A program made the translations under genes and the position numbers. Below are positions 40,269 through 49,364 of a DNA stretch of 64,000 nt, in pieces. This DNA is from Clostridia bacterium (GTDB lineage: Bacteria > Bacillota > Clostridia > Oscillospirales > CAG-272). The stretch is from positions 55,609 through 119,608 of the forward strand of contig JAFXHH010000007.1 in the NCBI GenBank assembly GCA_017536475.1. The letters are read 5' to 3'. How positions within the stretch are numbered: the stretch's first letter is position 1; each line of letters opens with the position of its first letter. The notes beneath the pieces were generated by a model. That model ran no database searches and had not been told where the DNA came from. It was given only the letters and a program-made list of their open reading frames with translations.

Positions 40269-40391
40269 TGGAGCTGGTAATCAGAATCGAACTGATGACC
40301 CGATAATTGCGAAGCAATTTCGCACAGTGAGCGCAGCGAACGTAGGTCTTCATTACCATGACGTGCTCTACCGACTGAGCCGTGGCGAAGC
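40269..40391 (-). pseudogene. Degenerate second copy of tRNA-Thr (D arm to CCA) with a 45-nt net insertion in the anticodon arm and a non-pairing 5' end
   Basis: It is identical to the intact gene over the T arm, 3' acceptor and CCA (32 nt) and over the D arm (24 nt). The anticodon stem 3' strand is replaced and the 5' acceptor strand is GCTTCGCCAC instead of GCTGGTA, so no cloverleaf can form. Confidence 0.75.
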
Positions 40392-40396
40392 AGAAA

Positions 40397-40424
40397 CAAA
40401 AAATCCACCGCTTTTGCGATGGAT
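40397..40424 (-). terminator. Intrinsic terminator directly after tRNA-Thr
   Basis: Minus strand reads ATCCATCGC-AAAA-GCGGTGGAT followed by UUUUU. Confidence 0.75.
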
Positions 40425-40426
40425 TT

Positions 40427-40502
40427 TGGAGCTGGTAATCAGAATCGAACTGATGACCTCGTCATTACCAATGACGTGCTCTACCGACTGAGCCATACCA
40501 GC
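40427..40502 (-). tRNA. tRNA-Thr (anticodon GGU), CCA encoded
   Basis: Hand-folded 76-nt cloverleaf: acceptor GCTGGTA/TACCAGC, D arm GCTC-AGTCGGT-AGAGC, anticodon arm CGTCA-TTGGTAA-TGACG, T arm ATCAG-TTCGATT-CTGAT, then TCCA. Confidence 0.9.
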
Positions 40503-40644
40503 AAATATTCACTTCGTCTTGACGACTTGTCTATTATATCAAACAATTTTCGATTTGTCAACCCCTTTTTTCAATTTTTTTAAATTATTTTTTTGATATT
40601 TTTCATCAGTTCAAATTTATCGGCAAAAAACTATGGTAAAACGG

Positions 40645-40673
40645 TTGACAAATCGGGAAACAAGTGTTATAAT
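40645..40673 (+). promoter_or_regulatory. Sigma-A-type promoter of the valS T-box leader (TTGACA-17-TATAAT)
   Basis: Both hexamers are perfect consensus with 17-nt spacing. The T-box 5' end begins about 18 nt downstream. Confidence 0.7.
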
Positions 40674-40690
40674 GTGTTATCATATTTAAA

Positions 40691-40956
40691 CGCGATGACC
40701 AAGAGGAGTAGGTCGCAGGTCTCTTTCAGAGAGTGGATGGTTGGTGAAAATCCACAGGGGCGGCGGTTGAAGGTAGCTTGCGAGTGGTGCGGGTGAAGGC
40801 TTTTTTGCTGAGTAGTCTGCGACGGTGGCGACGTTAGAGCTTTTGAGTGGTGTTTGTCCGATTTTTCGGGCGGATATGGAATCCGCCCCTACGGCAGATG
40901 CAAATTAGGTGGTACCGCGTGTTGACGTCCTGATGTTTTTACATCGGGGCTTTTTT
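40691..40956 (+). promoter_or_regulatory. T-box riboswitch leader of valS (stem I, T-box sequence, terminator/antiterminator)
   Basis: The 5' end is GCGATGACCAAGAGGAGTAG. It has an AGAGA box, GGTGAAAA, T-box motif AATTAGGTGGTACCGCG (40903-40919), and a terminator CCTGATGT-TTTT-ACATCGGG followed by a T-run (40929-40956). The candidate specifier is GUA (Val) within GAAGGUAGC; that assignment is tentative. Confidence 0.88.
40868..40892 (-). repeat. REP-like GTAG-headed palindrome inside the valS T-box leader
   Basis: The + strand reads GGGCGGAT-ATGGA-ATCCGCCC-CTAC. The arms match those at 33565 and the loop differs. Confidence 0.65.
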
Positions 40957-40971
40957 GTTTGTATGGGTTAT

Positions 40972-41036
40972 GTGTTCATTTTCTGCCCACGGCGGCAGAA
41001 AACGAACCAAAAGAACGCCGCTTAAGGTGGAGAGGG
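40972..41036 (+). repeat. 65-nt dispersed repeat, copy 2
   Basis: Same sequence as 33281-33345 with 3 substitutions. It starts 16 nt after the T-box terminator. Confidence 0.85.
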
Positions 41037-41401
41037 TTTCGCAAGAAAAAACGCAGCGAGCCGCATTTTCTCTTGCTTCAACATTCTCTCCCCCTTAAGA
41101 ATTCCCCTCTCCGTTTTGATGATGGAGTGTCTTTTAATTTTAAAAGTCGGCTTCGCCGACCGGGCGGGTTGATTATTGGTTTTAAGACGGGCGAGATGGC
41201 TTGGGTTCAACACCTTATAAGTAAGAAACGATAGAGAGGAATTTTTTCGAGGCTTGCCGCTGAAAAAATTCTACGGCACTGTAAAAGGACCCAAAATATA
41301 GGGGAAGTTTTTTGCCAAGCTTTTTTACCAAAAAAGCTTGCCGCCGGAGGCACGCATCCTCCGCATAACACAATGTAAATAACAGAAAGGAAATATAAAA
41401 A

Positions 41402-44047
41402 ATGAACAGTTACAATGAATTACCGAAGACGTATTCGCCGTCCGAGTTTGAGGACAGGATATACGCCGAGTGGTGTGAAAAGGGATATTTCACGCCCGAC
41501 AAGAACAACAACAATCCCTCTTTTTCGATAGTAATTCCCCCTCCCAACGTCACGGGTCAGCTCCACATGGGTCACGCACTTGACGAGACCTTACAGGACA
41601 TTCTCGTTCGTTACAAGAGAATGCAGGGCTTCAACACGCTTTGGGTTCCCGGCACCGATCACGCGGGCATTGCTACGCAGATCAAGGTTGAGGAGAGACT
41701 TCGCGTTGACGAGGGATTGACAAGATACGATCTTGGTCGTGAGAAGTTCCTTGAGCGCGTTTGGGGCTGGAAGGACACATACGAGGCTCGCATTACGGGT
41801 CAGCTCAAGAAGCTCGGCGCTTCGTGCGACTGGACAAGACAGAGATTTACCATGGACGAGGGCTGCTCAAAGGCGGTTCGCGAGGTCTTCGTAAATCTTT
41901 ACGACAAGGGACTGATCTATCGCGGTCACCGTATCATCAACTGGTGCCCTCGCTGTCTGACTGCGCTTTCCGACGCGGAGGTCGAATACAAGGATCAGCC
42001 CGGATATTTCTGGCACATCAAGTATCCCATCATCGGTGAGGACGGCTACGTTGAGGTTGCTACCACCCGTCCCGAGACTATGTTCGGTGATACTGCGGTC
42101 GCGGTCAACCCCGAGGATGAGAACACCAAGCATCTTATTGGCAAGAAGGTTCTTCTCCCCATCGTTAACAGAGAGATTCCCGTTATTGCGGACGATTACG
42201 TTGAGATCGGCTTCGGTACGGGCTGCGTTAAGATCACGCCCGCGCACGACCCCAACGACTTCCTCGTCGGTCAGAGACACGACCTTGAGCAGATCAAGGT
42301 CATGAACGACGATGCGACCATGAACGCTTACGCGGGCAAATACGAGGGTATGGACAGATACGCTTGCCGCAAGGCTCTCGTTGCCGATCTTGAGGCGCAG
42401 GGTTATCTCGTTAAGGTTGAGCCTCACGACCACAACGTTGGCGTTTGCTACCGCTGCGGTACGACGGTCGAGCCTCTCACAAGCGACCAGTGGTTCGTTA
42501 AGATGAAGCCTCTCGCAAAGCCTGCGATCGAGGCGGTTGAGTCGGGTGAGATCAATTTCGTTCCCGAGCGTTTCTCGAAGAACTACTTTAACTGGATGAA
42601 CAATATTCTCGACTGGTGCATCTCCCGTCAGCTCTGGTGGGGTCACAGAATTCCTGCCTTCTACTGCGACGAGTGTGGCGAGATGACGGTTTCCAAGGTC
42701 GACATCGATACCTGCCCCAAGTGCGGCGGCAAGGTTCATCAGGACGAGGACGTGCTTGACACCTGGTTCTCGTCGGCTCTTTGGCCCTTCTCTACTCTCG
42801 GTTGGCCCGAGCAGACCGAGGATCTCAAGAGATATTATCCCACCGACGTGCTCGTTACGGGCTACGATATAATCACCTTCTGGGTATCGCGTATGATCTT
42901 CTCGGGTCTTGAGCACATGGATGCAAAGCCCTTCTCCACCGTATTTATTCACGGTCTCGTACGCGACGCGCAGGGCCGCAAGATGTCCAAGTCGCTCGGT
43001 AACGGTATCGATCCTCTCGAGGTCATCAAGCAGTACGGCGCGGATGCGCTCCGCTTTGCTCTTGCTACGGGCAACTCCCCCGGAAACGATATGAGATTCT
43101 CCGACGAGAAGATCGAGGCGGCGAGAAACTTTGCTAACAAGCTCTGGAACGCGTCACGATTCGTTCGTATGAATCTGACGATTGATGAGATCAAGCTCCC
43201 CGACGCCGACAAGCTCGCGATCGAGGACAAGTGGATACTCAACGAATTCAACGCGCTTTGCGAAAACGTCGTTACCAATCTTGACAACTTTGAGGTTGGC
43301 GTTGCGCTTGGTGCTATCTACAGCTTTGCTTGGGATATCTTCTGCGACTGGTATATTGAGCTCGCAAAGGCTCGTCTTAACGAGAAGGACACCGAGGCAA
43401 ATCTCGTCTGCCAGAACGTTATCGCATACGTTCTTGAGGGTATTCTCAAGCTGCTCCATCCCTTTATGCCCTTTATTACCGAGGAGATATATCAGGCTCT
43501 GCCTCACGAGTGCGAGAGCATCATGATCTCCGAGTATCCGAAGGCTTGCGAGTCGCTCTGCTTCTCTGCCGATGCCGAGAAGATGACCAAGATCATCGAC
43601 GCTATCAAGGCGATCAGAGCGCGCAGAAGCGAGATGAACGTTCCTCCCTCCAAGAAGGCTAAGGTTTATCTTGCTACGAGATACGCTGACGTATTTGCTA
43701 CCGCAGAGGCGTTCTTTGCGCGTCTTGCGTCCGCTTCCGAGCTTATCGTTGCCGATAAGTTTGCCGAGGACGAGGTCAGCGCAGACAACGCAGTACAGAT
43801 AATAACCGACTCCGCTACGATCTTCCTTCCCCTTTCCGATATCATTGATTTTGAAAAGGAAAAGGCTCGTCTTGAGGGAGAAAAGAAGAAGCTTGAGGGC
43901 GAGATCGAAAGAATCGAAAAGAAGCTTTCCAACGAGGGCTTCGTTGCAAAGGCTCCTGCCGCAGTCGTTGAGGGCGAGAGAGCGAAGATGGCAAAATACC
44001 GCGAAAATCTCGAGGGTATTCTCGCGGCTATCGGCAAGCTGAAGTAA
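41402..44047 (+). CDS. valS: Valine--tRNA ligase
   Basis: 881 aa with HIGH-type LHMGHAL, KMSKS and a C-terminal coiled coil. A T-box leader lies upstream. Confidence 0.97.
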   Translation: MNSYNELPKTYSPSEFEDRIYAEWCEKGYFTPDKNNNNPSFSIVIPPPNVTGQLHMGHALDETLQDILVRYKRMQGFNTLWVPGTDHAGIATQIKVEERLRVDEGLTRYDLGREKFLERVWGWKDTYEARITGQLKKLGASCDWTRQRFTMDEGCSKAVREVFVNLYDKGLIYRGHRIINWCPRCLTALSDAEVEYKDQPGYFWHIKYPIIGEDGYVEVATTRPETMFGDTAVAVNPEDENTKHLIGKKVLLPIVNREIPVIADDYVEIGFGTGCVKITPAHDPNDFLVGQRHDLEQIKVMNDDATMNAYAGKYEGMDRYACRKALVADLEAQGYLVKVEPHDHNVGVCYRCGTTVEPLTSDQWFVKMKPLAKPAIEAVESGEINFVPERFSKNYFNWMNNILDWCISRQLWWGHRIPAFYCDECGEMTVSKVDIDTCPKCGGKVHQDEDVLDTWFSSALWPFSTLGWPEQTEDLKRYYPTDVLVTGYDIITFWVSRMIFSGLEHMDAKPFSTVFIHGLVRDAQGRKMSKSLGNGIDPLEVIKQYGADALRFALATGNSPGNDMRFSDEKIEAARNFANKLWNASRFVRMNLTIDEIKLPDADKLAIEDKWILNEFNALCENVVTNLDNFEVGVALGAIYSFAWDIFCDWYIELAKARLNEKDTEANLVCQNVIAYVLEGILKLLHPFMPFITEEIYQALPHECESIMISEYPKACESLCFSADAEKMTKIIDAIKAIRARRSEMNVPPSKKAKVYLATRYADVFATAEAFFARLASASELIVADKFAEDEVSADNAVQIITDSATIFLPLSDIIDFEKEKARLEGEKKKLEGEIERIEKKLSNEGFVAKAPAAVVEGERAKMAKYRENLEGILAAIGKLK

Positions 44048-44081
44048 AATGCTCGTCTGTATCTGCTGAAAAATCAAATTG

Positions 44082-44116
44082 TTATTTGTGCCGCTAATGC
44101 GGCGGAAGGAACTAAT
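44082..44116 (+). repeat. Partial element E (3' module only: TTTGTG + GC hairpin + SD) upstream of the serine hydrolase gene
   Basis: TTATTTGTGCCGCTAATGCGGCGGAAGGAACTAAT-ATG compares with CTGTTTGTGCCGCCGTAAACGGCGGATGGAGTTCGAA-ATG at the DUF3737 gene. Confidence 0.6.
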
Positions 44117-45592
44117 ATGAACAAGGATAATTTTGGATTTGCCTCCCCCGCCGAGTGCGGTGTTCATTACGAAAATATTCATGCTTTTATTGACGAGCTT
44201 GAGGCTCGCGGCATAATGATGCACGGCTTCGCCTTTCTTCGTAACGACAAGATCTTCGCTGAAGGATATTATGCTCCCGTAGACGAGAAATTTCTCCACA
44301 GAATGTATTCAACAAGCAAAACCTACACCTCAATGGCAATAGGCGCGCTTATCGCCGAGGGCAAGGTCTCGCTTGACGATCCCGTTTACAAATATTTTCC
44401 TGATAAGCTTCCCGAAAATCTTCATCCTTATATAGCCGAGGCAACTGTACGACACCTTCTGATGATGGCAACTCCGTTTGATCAGGAGACATACGGCCGC
44501 TTCGTTCCCGATTGGGAATACAGCTTCTTCAACAAGCCCCCTCAGGTGCGTCCCGGAACAAGATTTATTTACGACACCTGCGGAACCTATATGTTGGATT
44601 GTATAGTCGAGCGTGTGACGGGCAAGCCCTTCCTTGAATATCTGAAGGACGTATGTCTGCGCGAGATCGGATTTTCGGAGGACGCTTGGTGCATACAGTC
44701 ACCTGACGGACACTCCTGGGGCGGCTCGGGCGTGCTTGCATCTCTGCGCGACACCGTTCGCTTTGCAACTCTCGTTAAAAATCGCGGCGTAGCGCACGGA
44801 AAGCAGCTTTTGCCCGCTGATTACATTGACGAGGCAACCAAATATCAGATCGCCAACACCACTCAGTATCCTCATCCCGACCTGCTCCACGGCAATGGCT
44901 ACGGATATCAGGTATGGGTAACACAATGCGGAGGCTACGCTTTTCTTGGAATGGGTTGCGAGTGCGCTTGGATATTGCCCGAAAAAGATCTCGTAGCGGT
45001 CTTCATTGCCGACACTCAAGGTGAGCCTAACTATGCAGACGTTTTTGAAATCGCAAAGAAGCATATAGTTGATAACCTCTGTGAGCCCTATGCTCCCGAC
45101 GATGCCGCACAGGCTCTCCTCTCCGAGAGACTTGCGGGACTGAAGGTCACCTCGCTCCACGGCGCGACCACCTCGCCTGCAGCACAGAGAGTAAACGGAG
45201 TAGAATATTCCCTTTTCAACAACCCGATGCAAATGACATCCGTCAGCTTTGAATTCAACGGTGAAGAGGGTGCAATGCACTATGACACCTTGAGAGGAAA
45301 GAAAACCTTGCCCTTCGGCATGGCGAAGAACATATTCTTCGAGTTCCCCGAGAATCATTATTACGACTATCAGATCAATCTGCCCGCAAACCGCGGTCTT
45401 AACGCCTTTGCTTCGGCAGAGTGGATCAACGATAGCACCTTGCACATTCGCGTTTACATCCTCGATAACAGCCTTGGAAATATGCACGCGTACGTCACAT
45501 TTGAGGGCGACAAGATCGCTATCAAGATGTCCAAGGTTGCCGAATGGTTTATGGATGAATATCAAGGCGAGGCATACGGTGTTCAAAAATAA
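44117..45592 (+). CDS. Serine hydrolase, beta-lactamase/transpeptidase-like family
   Basis: 491 aa with the SxxK motif YSTSKTYT. Confidence 0.75.
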   Translation: MNKDNFGFASPAECGVHYENIHAFIDELEARGIMMHGFAFLRNDKIFAEGYYAPVDEKFLHRMYSTSKTYTSMAIGALIAEGKVSLDDPVYKYFPDKLPENLHPYIAEATVRHLLMMATPFDQETYGRFVPDWEYSFFNKPPQVRPGTRFIYDTCGTYMLDCIVERVTGKPFLEYLKDVCLREIGFSEDAWCIQSPDGHSWGGSGVLASLRDTVRFATLVKNRGVAHGKQLLPADYIDEATKYQIANTTQYPHPDLLHGNGYGYQVWVTQCGGYAFLGMGCECAWILPEKDLVAVFIADTQGEPNYADVFEIAKKHIVDNLCEPYAPDDAAQALLSERLAGLKVTSLHGATTSPAAQRVNGVEYSLFNNPMQMTSVSFEFNGEEGAMHYDTLRGKKTLPFGMAKNIFFEFPENHYYDYQINLPANRGLNAFASAEWINDSTLHIRVYILDNSLGNMHAYVTFEGDKIAIKMSKVAEWFMDEYQGEAYGVQK

Positions 45593-45679
45593 TCAAATGG
45601 CTTAAACGTGAATCGTGAAGGATAGATTTCCAAAAAAAAATATTTTTTTAGAAAAAAACTGTAACCTTTCACAAAAAAC

Positions 45680-45742
45680 AGCGACTTTATAGGTAGAAGG
45701 CGAATAATTGCTTCAAATCCTGCTTATAAAGTCGCTTTTTTG
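45680..45742 (+). terminator. Intrinsic terminator (long-loop hairpin) after the serine hydrolase gene
   Basis: A 12-bp stem AGCGACTTTATA...TATAAAGTCGCT followed by TTTTTT. Confidence 0.6.
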
Positions 45743-45805
45743 CGTTCTGTTGGTTTTGGATATGCAACGTCTCACTAAAAATTGTCTGAAAGGACGGATA
45801 TTATT

Positions 45806-46732
45806 ATGAAGAAAAGAATTTTTACTGTTGCAATGTGTTTTGCTATGGCACTTATGCTCGTGCTTGCCTTCGCTTCTTGCGATGCAAAAAGCGGAAACGG
45901 CTTTGCAGAGGACTACGAGTCTGCGCCGTCGATCAAGGACGACTCCTATCTTGACGTCGACCTCGGCGGCAACGGGATCGAGAACGACTCGGAATACGAG
46001 CGCAAGATAATCAAGACCGCAAACATATCCGCGCAGGCGACCGACTTTGAAGAGGCGGTCAAAATGATCGAGCAGCTCTGCATCGACCTCGGCGGATACG
46101 TCGAAAGCTCCTCCGTATCGGGCAAAAGCCTTACGAACAAAGGAACTTACCGCTATGCAAATTATACTCTGCGTATTCCTGCACAAAGCTTTGACGGCTT
46201 CAGCAAGGGCATCGACGGTATCGTCAACGTTACCTCCTCCTCCAGCTCGTCCGACGAGGTGACCTCTACCTATTACGACATAAAATCCCGCATTGAAGTG
46301 CTCGAGATGCAGAAGGAATCCTTGCAGAAGCTTTACGACGAGTACACCGAATACGGAGACATAAACTATCTGCTTGAGCTTCAGGATAAGCTTTACGAGG
46401 TCATCGCGGAGATCGAGGCTTACGAAACACAGATCCGTTTGTACGACAGCAAGGTTGCTTATTCCACGATCCACCTCAATATCAGTGAGGTCAAGGAATA
46501 CACCGAAGAAGATGAGGAGACCTTCGGAGAGGCTCTGTTAGGTGCTCTCACAGGCGGTTGGGATTTCTTCCTGACGATATGCCAGGGCATTCTTATCGTT
46601 TTCGTTGCTTGCCTTCCCTTTACGGTATTCTGCGGTGTGGTCTCCGCTGTGATCGTGATAATATGCGTATCCTCGGCAAAGAAAAAGCGCAAAAAGAAGC
46701 TTGAGGCACAGCAAGATCAGAACAAGCAGTAA
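45806..46732 (+). CDS. DUF4349-like lipoprotein with C-terminal TM anchor
   Basis: Lipobox LAFASC, a central coiled-coil region and C-terminal TM helices with a KKKRKKK tail. ATG 45806 is preferred over the TTG at 45782. Confidence 0.7.
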   Translation: MKKRIFTVAMCFAMALMLVLAFASCDAKSGNGFAEDYESAPSIKDDSYLDVDLGGNGIENDSEYERKIIKTANISAQATDFEEAVKMIEQLCIDLGGYVESSSVSGKSLTNKGTYRYANYTLRIPAQSFDGFSKGIDGIVNVTSSSSSSDEVTSTYYDIKSRIEVLEMQKESLQKLYDEYTEYGDINYLLELQDKLYEVIAEIEAYETQIRLYDSKVAYSTIHLNISEVKEYTEEDEETFGEALLGALTGGWDFFLTICQGILIVFVACLPFTVFCGVVSAVIVIICVSSAKKKRKKKLEAQQDQNKQ

Positions 46733-46758
46733 GATCTTCGTCTTTTCCACGTTTCATC

Positions 46759-46787
46759 TTGACATCCGACGAATAATTTGATATAAT
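46759..46787 (+). promoter_or_regulatory. Sigma-A-type promoter of the Cof-type HAD gene (TTGACA-17-TATAAT)
   Basis: Perfect consensus hexamers. The -10 is bracketed by the inverted repeat TCCGACG...CGTCGGA. Confidence 0.6.
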
Positions 46788-46824
46788 TTGTCCGTCGGAG
46801 CGTCGCTCTGAATACCACAAGGAA

Positions 46825-47658
46825 ATGATGAAAATGGAAACGAAATATATTTTTCTTGACGTTGACGGAACGCTCGTCAATTTTATGGGCGAGATACCCG
46901 AGTCCGCCGTTTGCGCGCTGAAAAAAGCGCAGGCTAACGGGCATAAAGTAATGCTTGCCACGGGCAGACAGAAGTCACAGATACACAAATTCTTGTTTGA
47001 AAAGATAGATTTTGACGGTATGGTCGCTTCGTCGGGCGCGTACATCGAATACGGCGGTAAGGTGATATTCGAGAGCCGTCCGTCGCGCGAAAAGCTGTCG
47101 GAAATGATAGATTTCTTCGACAAGTATAAGATCCCGTATTTTTTGCAGAGCACCGATCGCTTGATCGCTTTGAGGTGGTGCTACGACCGGATATACGCGC
47201 ATTTTGAGTCCGAGGGTGCGGGCAAGGTCACGCTCGACAGCGTTTTCGGAAACACCGAGATCGTTGAAGACCCCAAGGCGCTCGAATGTGTTGAAAAAGC
47301 CGCTTATTACTATTCCCCTCTCTCGATCGAGGAGGTCAGAGCCGAGCTTGGCGATTATTATTACGTCGTCAGCTACAGTCTTGGCTCGGGGCAGAGCTTA
47401 TATCACGGCGAGATAACCTTTGACGGAGTCAACAAGGCGGTAGGCATCGAAAAATTTATGACGGCGGTAGGCGCACCGATGAAAAATTCGATCGCCGTGG
47501 GCGACAGCGGAAACGATCTTGAGATGATCAAGGCGGCGGGAGTCGGCGTTTGTATGGGAAACGGCTCGGACGACGTCAAGGCGGCGGCCGATATCGTCAC
47601 GACTCACATTAATGACGATGGCATTTACAATGCTTTTGTCAAGTTGGGGTTGATTTAA
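46825..47658 (+). CDS. Cof-type HAD-IIB phosphatase
   Basis: Motif I FLDVDGTL and motif IV GDSGNDLEM. The start may instead be the third ATG (46834). Confidence 0.88.
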   Translation: MMKMETKYIFLDVDGTLVNFMGEIPESAVCALKKAQANGHKVMLATGRQKSQIHKFLFEKIDFDGMVASSGAYIEYGGKVIFESRPSREKLSEMIDFFDKYKIPYFLQSTDRLIALRWCYDRIYAHFESEGAGKVTLDSVFGNTEIVEDPKALECVEKAAYYYSPLSIEEVRAELGDYYYVVSYSLGSGQSLYHGEITFDGVNKAVGIEKFMTAVGAPMKNSIAVGDSGNDLEMIKAAGVGVCMGNGSDDVKAAADIVTTHINDDGIYNAFVKLGLI

Positions 47659-47662
47659 TAAT

Positions 47663-47694
47663 AAAAAACCGAGTGCGATGCACTCGGTTTTTTG
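47663..47694. terminator. Bidirectional terminator between the convergent HAD and yloV genes
   Basis: Stem CCGAGTGC-GAT-GCACTCGG flanked by A6 and T6. Confidence 0.8.
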
Positions 47695-47695
47695 T

Positions 47696-49357
47696 TTATT
47701 CAACAGAAATTATATAATCGTAAAGGGGCTGGCCGCCGTAAAGAACTGCTACTTCGCAGTCCTCTCCGACTTTATTCGAGATCATTTCAGCGACCTTGTT
47801 TGCGGTCTCCTCGCTTACGTCCTCGCCGTAAAATACGGTGACGTACACGGCGCCCGTCATTCCTCTGGTGAGCTGCTTTACGCAATCGAAGCTCTCGTTG
47901 CTCACGCAGGCGATCTTGTTTTCAACAAGACCGAGGAACTGTCCTTTTTTGATCTTGAAGCGGTCGATCTCGGTATCTCTGACGGCAAAGGTTACCGACA
48001 TTGACGTTACCATCTTTGCCGCGTCGTTCATTTCCCTTTCGACGTCCTCTGCCTCTGCATCGGGGTTGTACGCGATCATAGCCGCCATACCCTGAGGCAC
48101 GGTCTCCGTGGGAATTACAACGACCTTGCGCTCGGTGATGATCTCCGACGCTTGTCTTGCTACCATACAGATATTCTTATTGTTAGGCATAACGAAGACG
48201 TACTCGGAGGGGGTCTTCATTACTGCGTCGATAATATCCTGCGTGCTGGGATTCATAGTCTGTCCGCCCGTGATGATATTATCAACTCCGACGTCGCGGA
48301 ACATCTCGCTTACGCCTTCGCCCATACATACGCTGACAAATCCGTACTTCTTCTCAATAGCTACCTTTTTCTTGTCGGTCTTGTTGCTCTCGGATGCAGC
48401 CGCCTCGCTCGTAAGCGCGGTGTGCTGATTTCTCATATTCTCGATCTTTACCGTTGCAAGACTTCCAAATTCGATAGCCTTTGTGAGAACTGCGCCCGGA
48501 TCGTTCGTATGTATGTGGAGCTTGATGATGCTCTCGTCATCTACGAACACGGCGCTGTCTCCGATGCTCTTTATAAACTCGTAAAGCTCGCCCGAGGTGT
48601 CCTCGCCGAGATACTTTTCGTTTTTGTCAACTATACATTCGGTACAATAGCCGAAGGTGATGTCCTCGGTATTGAAGTCCGCAAAATCCGCGCCTGCGAC
48701 CTCTGCGGGTGCGCTGCTCTCGTCCACGGGAGCATTCTTGGCTACGTAAGGATCTCCCTCAAGTGCCATTCTCATTCCCTTAAGCACGCAGACAAAGCCC
48801 GCGCCGCCTGCGTCGACGACTCCCGTCTGCTTAAGCACGGGAAGCATATCGGGGGTCTGCGCCAATGCTACCTCGGCGCTGTCGATGAGAACCTTGAAGA
48901 GCTCGTTTACACTGATGCTCTTATTCGCAGTGTATGCCTTTTCAGCTCCCTCGCCCGCTACTCTCATAACCGTGAGAATCGTGCCCTCGGTGGGCTTCAT
49001 TACTGCGCGGTATGCTTCGGTAGTACCTCTCTTGAACGCCTCAACGAGCTCCTTGGGCTCTGCTTCGGATACGCCCTTGAGTGCTTTTCCTATTCCTCTG
49101 AAGAACAGAGAGAGGATCGCGCCGCTGTTTCCTCTTGCCGAACGAAGCATAAGTCCTGCAACCTTATCGGCACACTCGCCTACGGGGAGCTCTGCGGACG
49201 CCTGTCCTACCGTGCTCATCGTAAGGCTCATATTTATACCCGTATCTCCGTCGGGAACGGGAAATACGTTCAGATTGTTTATCTCTTCTTTTCTATCGCT
49301 CAGCATTGCCGCGCCCGAAAGCACCATACTGCGATATAATTGTCCTGTTATACCCAT
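47696..49357 (-). CDS. yloV: DAK2-domain protein YloV
   Basis: Dak2 motif PVPDGDTGINM plus a C-terminal DegV-like/DhaL fusion domain. ATG 49357 (GGAG 7 nt upstream) is preferred over 49402, which would run into a repeat element. Confidence 0.88.
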   Translation of the reverse strand: MGITGQLYRSMVLSGAAMLSDRKEEINNLNVFPVPDGDTGINMSLTMSTVGQASAELPVGECADKVAGLMLRSARGNSGAILSLFFRGIGKALKGVSEAEPKELVEAFKRGTTEAYRAVMKPTEGTILTVMRVAGEGAEKAYTANKSISVNELFKVLIDSAEVALAQTPDMLPVLKQTGVVDAGGAGFVCVLKGMRMALEGDPYVAKNAPVDESSAPAEVAGADFADFNTEDITFGYCTECIVDKNEKYLGEDTSGELYEFIKSIGDSAVFVDDESIIKLHIHTNDPGAVLTKAIEFGSLATVKIENMRNQHTALTSEAAASESNKTDKKKVAIEKKYGFVSVCMGEGVSEMFRDVGVDNIITGGQTMNPSTQDIIDAVMKTPSEYVFVMPNNKNICMVARQASEIITERKVVVIPTETVPQGMAAMIAYNPDAEAEDVEREMNDAAKMVTSMSVTFAVRDTEIDRFKIKKGQFLGLVENKIACVSNESFDCVKQLTRGMTGAVYVTVFYGEDVSEETANKVAEMISNKVGEDCEVAVLYGGQPLYDYIISVE

Positions 49358-49364
49358 TTTATAT

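Noticed and set aside
39799-40560. Integrated mobile element at tRNA-Thr
   Set aside because: The duplicated tRNA 3' part is suggestive, but the two copies are only 158 bp apart. No integrase, excisionase or phage gene is present on either side within the window. At most this is a scar, reported as a finding rather than annotated as a mobile element.
40959-41234. ORFs lying in repeat-rich intergenic DNA (40959..41234, 33285..33605, 33204..33386, 40261..40491)
   Set aside because: They have no SD and are composed of dispersed-repeat, hairpin or tRNA sequence. Their Arg/Lys/Pro-rich nonsense composition indicates that repeated DNA generates them by chance.
41867-44299. Long antisense ORFs inside valS (41867..42952, 43154..44299). 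Similar ones lie opposite pncB (7952..9103), uvrA (17146..18063), era (34804..35640), the serine hydrolase (44699..45586), DUF4349 (45713..46474), yloV (48152..49339), degV (49567..50454), topB (51723..52766) and the SBP (53036..53800).
   Set aside because: Each lies entirely opposite a well-supported conserved gene, lacks an SD and has no recognisable motif. Their Arg/Leu/Ser/Val-rich composition is typical of antisense frames in GC-rich coding DNA.
45600-45742. Possible degenerate element E relative (CGTGAAGG...CCTTTCAC and CAGCG-ACTTTATAGGTA...GCTTCA) overlapping the terminator after the serine hydrolase gene
   Set aside because: Only short patches match, and hairpins 2 and 3 are absent. 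The similarity is too weak to call without a statistical model.
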